DNA of 64,000 bases, from NCBI GenBank assembly GCA_964187785.1, contig OZ076409.1:70992001-71056000 (forward strand), given 5' to 3'. The notes below the pieces were generated by a model. The model did not search any database. It saw nothing but the letters and a program-made list of their open reading frames with translations, and was not told the DNA's origin. Position numbers and translations under genes: made by a program. This stretch comes from Amphiscolops sp. MND2022 (Eukaryota). Shown piece by piece: positions 1 to 12,087 of this stretch. How positions within the stretch are numbered: position 1 is the stretch's first letter; each line of letters starts with the position of its first letter.

Positions 1-569
1 TCCGGGGTAAATTTTTTAACGGTCCAGCTTATCTTTGCCATTTTTTCGAAAATGTACATGCCTAAAGGCCTCCCCCTGGCCGAATTTACTCCCAGCAAAC
101 CCATTTGGCCCTAAATACGGAGTTTCAGCGTTCCAGCATTCCGGGGCGGAAAGTTGTGGGACTTGGAAAAATTTCAAAATTTTTTCAAAAAATTTTTTCC
201 CGTTTTCCGGGCCCCCCAATGAAGGGGAACGACCCCCCCAACCAGTATTTTGAGTGAATTCATGTGGAACGCCCATGTTTGGAGGAGAAAAATGCCGTTT
301 AGAACATCTTTTTATCTTAACTTGACATTGACTTATGACGTTTTGAATGTGATGTTAGGATATATGAAGCATGTTAAAAGTTGAAGTTTTGAGTCTTTAT
401 CTCATCGGAAAACCATTGAGATACAAGCAGTTTTGCTAAAAACGATTTTCATTGTAGGTTAGCAGAGTATTAGTACACTTTGATGTCATTTGAGTATTTT
501 TTTCTTCTATATAATAACTGTTTTTATGTATTTATTCCAATTTATCTCATCTTTTAACATCAAGCAGTT

Positions 570-612
570 GAGTACATTTCATCTCCCTTTCGGGGGAGAT
601 GAGAATGTACTC
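570..612 (+). other. Internal long hairpin of short units GAGTACATT.CATCTCCC...GGGAGATGAGAATGTACTC (representative)
   Basis: Imperfect inverted repeat with an ~18-bp stem, present in every complete short unit about 260 bp before the end. Confidence 0.85.
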
Positions 613-803
613 GCTAAAAACCTAATGCTATGGCGCCAATGTTTGGATGGGAAGTTTTCTATGCTTTGAAAAAATTTATTTTTAATTACTTGATTTTTTA
701 AAACAATAATTAACATGAAGTACATTACTTGCTCCTACTACTACTACCACCATACATCTCTAACGTCAACGCCCCCTGCTTGCATCAACGCCCCATCGTC
801 CGT

Positions 804-823
804 GGGCATGCCGAGGCATGCCC
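804..823 (+). other. 3' subterminal hairpin GGGCATGCC-GA-GGCATGCCC (representative; precedes all 37 junctions)
   Basis: Perfect 9-bp inverted repeat, extendable by CGTC/GACG; about 39-54 nt upstream of CTAG in the copies measured. Analogous to the Helitron 3' hairpin. Confidence 0.9.
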
Positions 824-873
824 TTCGACGACGTATGCCAATTGCCCAGTGCCACGCAGTCTTTCCCCGCTAG

Positions 874-2162
874 GTGCCGGTGTTTTTTTACACAATGGGG
901 GAAGTTGCGCGGTTGGGGAGGGTCCCTGACGCGCTTCCGTGGTATCGGGTCTTTCAACCGATGAAAACGACATAAAAAATTGGGATCTCGTAAACTAGCC
1001 ATACGATTTGGCTGAAATTTGGCACACGTACCCCCCTCGGCACGGTGAAGATGATTCCCTACTGACGTTTTGCTCGCTAAACATTTTTTGTTGACCAAAA
1101 TAACGGTTTTTGGGGTAAAATTTTCAACTTTTTTTAAATTTCATCTTATATCTCGCCACGGGTACACGCTAGCGCTTCCAAACCTTGCTGACGAAAGTTT
1201 GCAAACTGTCTCAGGAATGCTGTGTGAAATTTTCAGCTCAATCGGACCTAAACTCGAGGAGATATAGCGTTTTTCCGGAGCGGGGGGGTTTCATTTTTCT
1301 AACGGTCCAGCTTATCTTTGCCATTTTTTCGAAAATGCACTCGCCTAAAGGCCTCCCCTGGCCGGTTTTATTCCCAGCAAAACCATTTGGCCCTAAATAC
1401 GGAGTTTCAGCGTTCCAGCATTCCCGGGCGAAAAGTTGTGGGACTTAGAAAATTTCAAAAATTTTCAAAAATTTTTTTTTCCGTTATTTGGGCCCCCAAA
1501 GTGGGGGAAAAGACCCCCAAACCAGTAAAGCAAGTGAATGCATGTGCAAAGCCCTTGTTTAGAGGAGAAAAATGCCGTTTAGAACGTCTTTTTATCTTGG
1601 CTCAACGTTGACTTATGACGTTTTGAAGGTGATGTTTGGAGGTGTAAAGCACGTGAATAGTAAACGTTATGAGTATTTATCTGATCTGAAAGCCATTGAG
1701 ATGCAATATGGTTTGCTCAGAACGTAATTCATGGCAGTTTGGCAATCAATCAACACCCTTTGTTGTCGTTTGACATATTTTTTTGTTGTTATAATAAAAA
1801 ATTTTGTGTATTTATTCATTTTTTTCTCATCAAATAACTTGAAACAGTTGAGTACATTCCATCCCCCCTTCCGGGGGAGATGAGAATGTACTCGCAAAAA
1901 GCACCGAACTACGGCCCTTACCTTCCCGAGCTACGCAGTATAAGGATTACATATTGGTTCCGACATTTTCATAGAGTTATATCTTGGTAATCTGTCTGGA
2001 TATGCCGAAAAATCAGCACGTGCCTTTTAATACCAAGTTGCTCACAACAACAATTCTTTTATATCAACGCCCCCATATTTATCAACGCCCCCCGTCCGTG
2101 GGCATGCCGAGGCATGCCCTTCGACGACGTATACCAAGATATGCGTTAACGCGTTAGCCTAG
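874..2162 (+). mobile_element. Short non-autonomous unit (1289 bp), head H1 + tail T2
   Basis: Between CTAGGTG junctions; head GTGCCGGTGTTTTTTTACAC; tail contains GCAAAAAGCACCGAAC. Confidence 0.85.
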
Positions 2163-5100
2163 GTGCGGGGGGGTAACCCCTACAAAGATATTTGAGGATT
2201 CGGGTAGGGTCCTGAATCCGAGTTCAGTGCTGCCAGCTATCGTTAGGGATTTGAGAAAATTTTGCCGATCTCGTGATCTAACCGTAGGATTTTAAAGTTG
2301 GAGCGGCCCCCACCAGATTTTCCAAAGTTATTCGCCCCCCATCGGGTTCCAGCGTGATTGAAATATTTTGACGGGGTACACGGGCGACCGTTAGGGGTCA
2401 TTTTGGGGGTAAAATTTATATCCGGTCGCATAACTTTTTTCCTGTTGGTTTAAAACTTTGGGACCCTGCTAAAAGTTTCTTGACCGTGTTGCAGTGGCTC
2501 CGGAGGTCCAAACCAAATTTTTCTATCTTGAAGCTATCTCCAAGTACCCCCCCGCCCAAACCGTTATTTTTCCGGAAACGCCGGTTTTTGACCCGGAAGG
2601 AGTCGTCTGAGCGCGGGGTCGTTAGGTGATGTATTGGGGACGGCCTTGAGACGAAGCGGGGGACATGTAGTTTGCCGACCCCAGATTACCCCCCGGACGG
2701 GAAATGACCGTTATTTGAGCGGGAAAAATGCCCCCCTCCACGTTTTACCGCTATTTCCGGTGTGAAGGAGTGGGAGTAGCGCGTCGGGTGTTATATATCA
2801 AAAGTAGGTTTAGACAAGGACCTATCAGAAACATGTAGTTTTGGACCCCCTGGTCCAACCCGTTAGCAGGAAATGGGGCTTCCGCCTCCTTTTTTTACTG
2901 CTAAAACCGTAAAATGGGCATTGAGGGGTAAATATCTCGTGAACGCGTGGAGCTACAGTGTCCATCACTACTACAAGGTTTCATACCCATGATATGGTGC
3001 CTTCAGGGGGGCAAACAGATTTCCGCTATCTATCACCGTTACGGACTTGGCCCCCCAGCCTAACCGCTATGTGACCGGAAATGTCACTTTTTGAGCCCAA
3101 AGGGTCGGTCCCAGCCGGGGAACGTTAGGTAACTTATTGTAGTGCTATTTGAGACGAGTTGGGGGATATAGTTTCAGTCACCCCCCGTTACCCCTTAGGA
3201 CCGGAAATGACCGTTATGTGGGTAAAATTGCAATTTTTATACTTTTTCAAGTGTATTTAGGTGCGGAAGGAGTGGTAATAGGTGCTTGGACACTATATGA
3301 AGGAAGGGAGGACGTGAGGCGAGCATTCGAAAATAACCGTTATGTTGACCCTAAAGAACCCCTGGTACCGGAAGTGACCCGTAATGGTCAAATTTCGTGT
3401 TTTTAGGGTACAAATGTTTGGTGTTTTATGGATAACAGTACCTATTAGGTGTTTCGACGGTCTGCAATCGTGAACATAGTTATGAAACCTTGTGGGGGGT
3501 AACGGTATATAGCACCGGATGTCCAAACCGTTGGAGACAGGATAAGTTTTTTGGTTTTAAAATGTCTTTCGGCCTACTTTTGTCGACTATTATGGACTAT
3601 TTTTGGAAAATACAGGTTTTCCATATATTTGCAGAGACTCCGAAACCTCAACCAACATAACCGTTACCTGATGATAGCCTTTCAAGTTGGCCTGGTGTCA
3701 ACTTGGAAGGGCTATCCTTCAAAAATCATTAATCAAGTGTGTTTTTGAGTATGTTTGTATTACTTTAGAATCAATTAGAGCTTCAAGAAAAGTTTGCCAA
3801 CGACAAAAACTATGTCGTGATGATTCCATTATTAGAATATTAGTTAACAAAATGTTGATAAAGTTGATTTTTTACATTTCAAAAGTGTCCCAAATGCCAG
3901 AAAACCTCTTTACCAAACAAATGGTATTGATTGAATTGTATATAACAGCTAATAAAAGTTCAAATTGAATATTACGTTTCATTATGGAAGCTGAAATGTC
4001 ATATTATAGTTTAATTAACGTCAACGCCACATAGTTTACATCAACGCCCACCGTCTGTGGGCATGCCGAGGCATGCCCTTCGACGACGTATACCAAATTC
4101 CCTCAACACAACACCCCCGAGCGCGTTAGCAGCTAGGTGCGGGGGGGAAACCCCATCCCTTATCTTGGAGGATTCGGGTAGGGTCCTGAATCCGAGTTCA
4201 GTGCCGCCAGCTCTCAGTAGAAATCTGGGCATTTTTTTGCGATCTCGTGATCTAACCATAGGATTTTAAAGTTGGAGCGGCCCCCACCAGATTTTCCAAA
4301 GTTATTCGCCCCCCACCGGGTTCCAGCAAGATTGAAATATTTTGTCGGGGTACACGGGCGACCGTTAGGGGTCATTTTGGGGGTAAAATTTATATCCGGT
4401 CGCATAACTTTTTTCCTGTTGGTTTAAAACTTTGGGACCCTGCTAAAAGTTTCTTGACCATGTTGCAGGGGCCCCGGAGGTCCAAACCAAATTTTTCTAT
4501 CTTGAAGCTATCTCCAAGTACCCCCCCGCCCAAACCGTTATTTTTCCGGAAATGCCGGTTTTTGACCCGGAAGGAGTCGTCTGAGCGCGGGATCGTTAGG
4601 TGATGTTTTGGGGACGGCCTCGAGACGAAGCGGGGGATATATAGTTTGCCGACCCCAGTTTACCCCCCGGACGGGAAATGACCGTTATTTGAGCGGGAAA
4701 AATGCCCCCCTCCACGTTTTTCCGCTATTTCCGGTGTGAAGGAGTGGGAGTAGCGCTTCGGGTGCCATATATCAAAAATAAGTTTAGACAAGGACCTATC
4801 GGAAACATGTAGTTTGGGACCCCCTGGTCCAACCCGTTAGCGGGAAATGGGGCTTCCGCCTCCTTTTTTTACTGCTAAAACCGTAAAATGGGCATTGAGG
4901 GGTAAATATCTCGTGAACGCGTGGAGCAATCGTGTCCATCACTACTACAAGGTTTCATACCCATGATATGGTGCCTTCAGGGGGGCAAACAGATTTCCGC
5001 TATCTATCACCGTTACCGACTTGGCCCCCCAGCCTAACCGCTATGTGACCGGAAATGTCACTTTTTGAGCCCAAAGGGTCGGTCCCAGCCGGGGAACGTT

Positions 5101-8100
5101 AGGTAACTTATTGTAGTACTCAATGAGACGAGTTGGGGGATATAGTTTCAGTCACCCCCCGTTACCCCTTGGGACCGGAAATGACCGTTATGTGGGTAAA
5201 ATTGCAATTTTTATACTTTTTCAAGTGTATTTAGGTGCGGAAGGAGTGGTAATAGGTGCTTGGACACTATATGATGTAATGGAGGTCGTGAGGAGAGCAT
5301 TCGGAAATAACCGTTATGTTGACCCCAAAGTCCCCCTGGTACCGTTAACGACCGGAAATGGCCAAATTTTGTGTCTATTGGGTACAAATGTTTCGTATTT
5401 TATGGATAAAAGTACCTGGAAGGTGTTTTAAAGGCCTCCAGAAGTGAAAATAGTCATGAAACCTTGTGGGGGTTAACGGTATATAGCACCGGAAGTCCAA
5501 ACCGTTGGTCACAGAATAGGTTTTTTGGTTTCAAAATGTCTTTAGGCATAGTTTTGTGGGTTGAATCGTCATAATATCAACTAACACGGACTTTTTTCGG
5601 AAATAAAAATTTTTCACATTAGTTTCAGGGACCTCCAATGCTTCAGTCAACATAACCGTTACATTTTGATAGCCTTTCAAGTTGACCTGGTGTCAACTTG
5701 GAAGGGCTATCCTTCTAAAATCGTTAATCAAGAGTGTTTTTGGGTAGGTATATGTTGCATTAGTACCAATTAGAGCTTCATCAACAGTTTGCCAACGGCA
5801 AAAACGATGTCGTGATAATTCCGTTATAAAAATATTAGTTAACAAATTGTTTTCAAAGTTGATTTTTTCCATTAAAAATGTGTCCTAATGCCACCAAATT
5901 GAATAAAATAATAAATGGTATTGACTAAAACTAAACAACAATGAAAAAGAAGATCAACATTTTTATTAGGTCTCATTATGGAAGCTGAAACCTCACGTTT
6001 TAGTTTAATTAACGTCAACGCCACATACTTTACATCAACGCCCACCGTCTGTGGGCATGCCGAGGCATGCCCTTCGACGACGTATACCAAACAACCTCCA
6101 TATCTACACCCACCCGCGGTAGCAGCTAGGTGCGGGGGGGAAACCCCATCCCTTATCTTGGAGGATTCGGGTAGGGTCCTGAATCCGAGTTCAGTGCCGC
6201 CAGCTCTCAGTAGAAATCTGGGCATTTTTTTGCGATCTCGTGATCTAACCATAGGATTTTAAAGTTGGAGCGGCCCCCACCAGATTTTCCAAAGTTATTC
6301 GCCCCCCACCGGGTTCCAGCGTGATTGAAATATTTTGTCGGGGTACACGGACGACCGTTAGGGGTCATTTTGGGGGTAAAATTTATATCCGGTCGCATAA
6401 CTTTTTTCCTGTTGGATTAAAACTTTGGGACCCTGCTAAAAGTTTCTTGACCGTGTTGCGGGGGCTCCGGAGGTCCAAACCAAATTTTTCTATCTTGAAG
6501 CTATCTCCAAGTACCCCCCCGCCCAAACCGTTATTTTTCCGGAAACGCAGGTTTTTGACCCGGAAGGAGTCGTCTGAGCGCGGGGTCGTTAGGTGATGTA
6601 TTGGGGACGGCCTTGAGACGAAGCGGGGGATATTTAGTTTGCCGACCCCAGTTTACCCCCCGGACGGGAAATGACCGTTATATGAGCGGGAAAAATGCCC
6701 CCCTCCACGTTTTACCGCTATTTCCGGTGTGAAGGAGTGGGAGTAGCGCGTCGGGTGTTATATAACAAAAGTAGGTTTAGACAAGGACCTACCGGAAACA
6801 TGTAGTTTGGGACCCCCTGGACCAACCCGTTAGCGGGAAATGGGGCTTCCGCCTCCTTTTTTTACTGCTGAAACCGTAAAATGGGCATTGAGGGGTAAAT
6901 ATCTCGTGAACGCGTGGAGCAATCGTGTCCATCACTACTACAAGGTTTCATACCCATGATATGGTGCCTTCAGGGGGGCAAACAGATTTCCGCTATCTAT
7001 CACCGTTACCGACTTGGCCCCCCAGCCTAACCGCTATGTGACCGGAAATGTCACTTTTTGAGCCCAAAGGGTCGGTCCCAGCCGGGGAACGTTAGGTAAC
7101 TTATTGTAGTGCTAATTGAGACGAGTTGGGGGATATAGTTTCAGTCACCCCCCGTTACCCCTTGGGACCGGAAATGACCGTTATGTGGGTAAAATTGCAA
7201 TTTTTATACTTTTTCAAGTGTATTTAGGTGCGGAAGGAGTGGTAATAGGTGCTTGGACACCATATGATGTAATTGAGGTCGAGAGGAGAGCATTCGGAAG
7301 TAACCGTTACGTTGACCCCAAAGTCCTCCTGGTACCGTTAATGAACGTAAATGGCCAAATTTTGTGTTTATAGGGTACAAATGTTTGGTATTTTATGGAT
7401 AAAAGTACCTGGAAGGTGTTTTAAAGGCCTCCAGAAGTGAACATAGTCATGAAACCTTGTGGGGGGTAACGGTATATAGCACCGGAAGTTCAAACCGTTG
7501 GTCACAGAATAGGTTTTTTGGTTTCAAAATGTCTTTAGGCATAGTTTTGGGGGTTGAATCGTCATAATATCAACTAATACGGACTTTTTTCGGAAATAAA
7601 ATTTTTTCACATTAGTTTCAGGGACCTCCAATGCTTCAGTCAACATAACCGTTACATTTTGATAGCCTTTCAAGTTGACCTGGTGTCAACTTGGAAGGGC
7701 TATCCTTCTAAAATCGTTAATCAAGAGTGTTTTTGGGTAGGTATATGTTGCATTAGTACCAATTAGAGCTTCATCAACAGTTTGCCAACGGCAAAAACGA
7801 TGTCGTGATAATTCCGTTATAAAAAAATTAGTTAACAAATTGTTTTCAAAGTTGATTTTTTCAATGTAAAATGTGTCTTGATTCCACCAAATTGAATAAA
7901 ATAATAAATGGTATTGACTAAAACTAAATAACAATGAAAAAGAAGATCAACATTTTAATAGGTCTCGTTATGGAAGCTGAAACGTCAAATTATAGTTTAA
8001 TTAACGTCAACGCCACATACTTTACATCAACGCCCACCGTCCGTAGGCATGCCGAGGCATGCCTTTCGACGACGTATACCAAATTCCACCCACACAACAC

Positions 8101-11100
8101 CCCCGAGCGCGGTAGCAGCTAGGTGCGGGGGGGAAACCCCATCCCTTATCTTGGAGGATTCGGGTAGGGTCCTGAATCCGAGTTCAGTGCCGCCAGCTCT
8201 CAGTAGAAATCTGGGCATTTTTTTGCGATCTCGTGATCTAACCATAGGATTTTAAAGTTGGAGCGGCCCCCACCAGATTTTCCAAAGTTATTCGCCCCCC
8301 ACCGGGTTCCAGCGTGATTGAAATATTTTGACGGGGTACACGGGCGACCGTTAGGGGTCATTTTGGGGGTAAAATTTATATCCGGTCGCATAACTTTTTT
8401 CCTGTTGGATTAAAACTTTGGGACCCTGCTAAAAGTTTCTTGACCGTGTTGCGGGGGCTCCGGAGGTCCAAACCAAATTTTTCTATCTTGAAGCTATCTC
8501 CAAGTACCCCCCCGCCCAAACCGTTATTTTTCCGGAAACGCAGGTTTTTGACCCGGAAGGAGTCGTCTGAGCGCGGGGTCGTTAGGTGATGTATTGGGGA
8601 CGGCCTTGAGACGAAGCGGGGGATATATAGTTTGCCGACCCCAGTTTACCCCCCGGACGGGAAATGACCGTTATATGAGCGGGAAAAATGCCCCCCTCCA
8701 CGTTTTACCGCTATTTCCGGTGTGAAGGAGTGGGAGTAGCGCTTCGGGTGCCATATATCAAAAATAAGTTTAGACAAGGACCTATCGGAAACATGTAGTT
8801 TGGGACCCCCTGGACCAACCCGTTAGCGGGAAATGGGGCTTCCGCCTCCTTTTTTTTACTGCTAAAACCGTAAAATGGGCATTGAGGGGTAAATATCTCG
8901 TGAACGCGTGGAGCAATCGTGTCCATCACTACTACAAGGTTTCATACCCATGATATGGTGCCTTCAGGGGGGCAAACAGATTTCCGCTATCTATCACCGT
9001 TACCGACTTGGCCCCCCAGCCTAACCGCTATGTGACCGGAAATGTCACTTTTTGAGCCCAAAGGGTCGGTCCCAGCCGGGGAACGTTAGGTAACTTATTG
9101 TAGTACTCAATGAGACGAGTTGGGGGATATAGTTTCAGTCAACCCCCGTTACCCCTTGGGACCGGAAATGACCGTTATGTGGGTAAATTTGCAATTTTTA
9201 TACTCTTTGAAGTGTATTTAGGTGCGGAAGGAGTGGTAATAGGTGCTTGGACACTATATGATGTAATGGAGGTCGTGAGGAGAGCATTCGGAAATAACCG
9301 TTATGTTGACCCCAAAGTCCCCCTGGTACCGTTAACGACCGGAAACGGCCAAATTTTGTGTCTATTGGGTACAAATGTTTGGTATTTTATGGATAAAAGT
9401 ACCTGGAAGGTGTTTTAAAGGCCTCCAGAAGTGAACATAGTCATGAAACCTTGTGGGGGGTAACGGTATATAGCACCGGAAGTCCAAACCGTTGGTCACA
9501 GAATAGGTTTTTTGGTTTCAAATTGTCTTTAGGCATAGTTTTGTGGGTTGAATCGTCATAATATCAACTAATACGGACTTTTTTCGGAAATAAAATTTTT
9601 TCACATTAGTTTCAGGGACCTCCAATGCTTCAGTCAACATAACCGTTACATTTTGATAGCCTTTCAAGTTGACCTGGTGTCAACTTGGAAGGGCTATCCT
9701 TCTAAAATCGTTAATCAAGAGTGTTTTTGGGTAGGTATATGTTGCATTAGTACCAATTAGAGCTTCATCAACAGTTTGCCAACGGCAAAAACGATGTCGT
9801 GATAATTCCGTTATAAAAATATTAGTTAACAAATTGTTTTCAAAGTTGATTTTTTCCATTAAAAATGTGTCCTAATGCCACCAAATTGAATAAAATAATA
9901 AATGGTATTGACTAAAACTAAATAACAATGAAAAAGAAGATCAACATTTTTATTAGGTCTCATTATGGAAGCTGAAACCTCACGTTTTAGTTTAATTAAC
10001 GTCAACGCCACATACTTTACATCAACGCCCACCGTCTGTGGGCATGCCGAGGCATGCCCTTCGACGACGTATACCAAACAACCTCCATATCTACACCCAC
10101 CCGCGGTAGCAGCTAGGTGCGGGGGGGTAACCCCAACAAATATATTGGAGGATTCGGGTAGGGTCCTGAATCCGATTTTAACTCTAATAGCTATCGATAG
10201 GAAATCTTGCAAAAATTTCGGGATCTCGTGATCTAACCATAGGATTTTAAAGTTGGAGCGGCCCCCACCAGATTTTCCGAAAATTAGCGCCCCCCACCGG
10301 GTTCCAGCGTGATTGAACTATTTTGACGGGGTACACGGGCGACCGTTAGGGGTCATTTTGGGGGTAAAATTTATATCCGGTCGCATAACTTTTTTTCTGT
10401 TGATTTAAAACTTTGGAACCCTGCTAAAAGTTTCTTGACCGTGTTGCAGGGGCCCCGAAGGTCCAAACCAAATTTTTCTATCTTGAAGCTATCTCCAAGT
10501 ACCCCCCCGCTCAAACCGTTATTTTTCCGGAAACGCAGGTTTTTGACCCGGAAGGAGTCGTCTGAGCGCGGGGTCGTTAGGTGATGTATTGGGGACGGCC
10601 TTGAGACGAAGTGGGGGACAAGTAGTTTGCCAAACTCAATTTACCCCCCGGACGGGAAATGACCGTTATATGAGCGTGTAAAATGCCCCCCTCCACGTTT
10701 TACCGCTATTTCCGGTGTGAAGGAGTGGGAGTAGCGCGTCGGGTGTTATATAACAAAAGTAGGTTTAGACAAGGACCTATCGGAAACATGTAGTTTGGGA
10801 CCCCCTGGACCAACCCGTTAGCGGGAAATGGGGCTTCCGCCTCCTTTTTTTAGTGCTAAAACCGTAAAATGGGCATTGAGGGGTAAATATCTCGTGAACG
10901 CGTGGAGCAATCGTGTCCATCACTACTACAAGGTTTCATACCCATGATATGGTGCCTTCAGGGGGGCAAACAGATTTCCGCTATCTATCACCGTTACCGA
11001 CTTGGCCCCCCAGCCTAACCGCTATGTGACCGGAAATGTCACTTTTTGAGCCCAAAGGGTCGGTCCCAGCCGGGGAACGTCAGGTAACTTATTGTAGTAC

Positions 11101-12087
11101 TCAATGAGACGAGTTGGGGGATATAGTTTCAGTCACCCCCCGTTACCCCTTGGGACCGGAAATGACCGTTATGTGGGTAAAATTGCAATTTTTATACTTT
11201 TTCAAGTGTATTTAGGTGCGGAAGGAGTGGTAATAGGTGCTTGGACACTATATGAGGTAAGGGAGGACGTGAGGCGAGCATTCAGAAATAACCGTTATGT
11301 TGACCCTAAAGTCCCCCTGGTACCGTAAACGACCGGAAATGGTCAAATTTTGTGTCTATTGGGTACAAATGTTTTGTATTTTGTAGATAAAAGTATCTAT
11401 TAGGTGTTTCGACGGTCTACAGTAGTGAACATAGTCATGAAACCTTGTGGGGGGTAACGGTATATAGCACCGGAAGTCAAACCGTTGGAGACAGCTTAGG
11501 TTTTTTGGTTTTAAAATGTCTTTCGGCGTAATTTTTTTGACTCTTGTGGACTATTTTTAAAAATTAAAGTTTTTCCATATAGTTTCAGAGACTCCGAAAC
11601 CTCAACCAACATAACCGTTACCTTATGATAGCCTTTCAAGTTGGCCTGGTGTCAACTTGGAAGCGCTATCCTTCTGAAATCGTTAATCAAGAGTGTTTTT
11701 GGGTAGGTATATATTGCATTAGTACCAATTAGAGCTTCATCAACAGTGTATCAACGACAAAAACTATGCCGTCATGATTCCGTTATTAGAATCATAGTGA
11801 GCAAATTGTTGAAAAAATGGTTTTTTCCATACAAAATGTGTCCTAAATGCCAGGAAACCTATTTACCTAACAAATGGTATTAATTGGAATGTTTGTAACA
11901 GATTTATAAAAGTTCAAATTGAATATTACATTTCATTATGGAAGCTGAAACGTCATATTTTAGTTTAATTAACGTCAACGCCACACACTTTACATCAACG
12001 CACACCGTCTGTGGGCATGCCGAGGCATGCCCTTCGACGACGTATACCAAATACATACCCAAACGACGCCCGTACATCCCGGGCTAG
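2163..12087 (+). mobile_element. Five tandem long non-autonomous units (1974, 1993, 1993, 1994, 1971 bp)
   Basis: Junction CTAGs end at 4136, 6129, 8122, 10116, 12087; head GTGCGGGGGGG. The body is unrelated to the short units apart from terminal signals. Confidence 0.88.
3673..3716 (+). other. Internal long hairpin of long units GATAGCC..CAAGTTG...CAACTTG..GGCTATC (representative)
   Basis: Imperfect inverted repeat in all 8 long units, about 420 bp before the end. Confidence 0.8.

Larger units (their letters stand above)
1..873 (+). mobile_element. Partial (3' part) short non-autonomous unit, tail type T1
   Basis: Near-identical to the 3' parts of 17173-18453 and 19722-21006; ends with the hairpin and CTAG (870-873). 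Confidence 0.85.

Noticed and set aside
797..876. CRISPR-like reading of the palindromic repeat with variable intervening sequence
   Set aside because: The period is 1.3-2 kb, the intervening sequences are themselves repeated families, there are no cas genes, and the context is eukaryotic.
874..12087. rDNA, 5S, tRNA, snRNA or histone gene tandem array
   Set aside because: No recognisable RNA gene or histone coding sequence by eye; an Rfam scan would be needed to exclude a small RNA formally.
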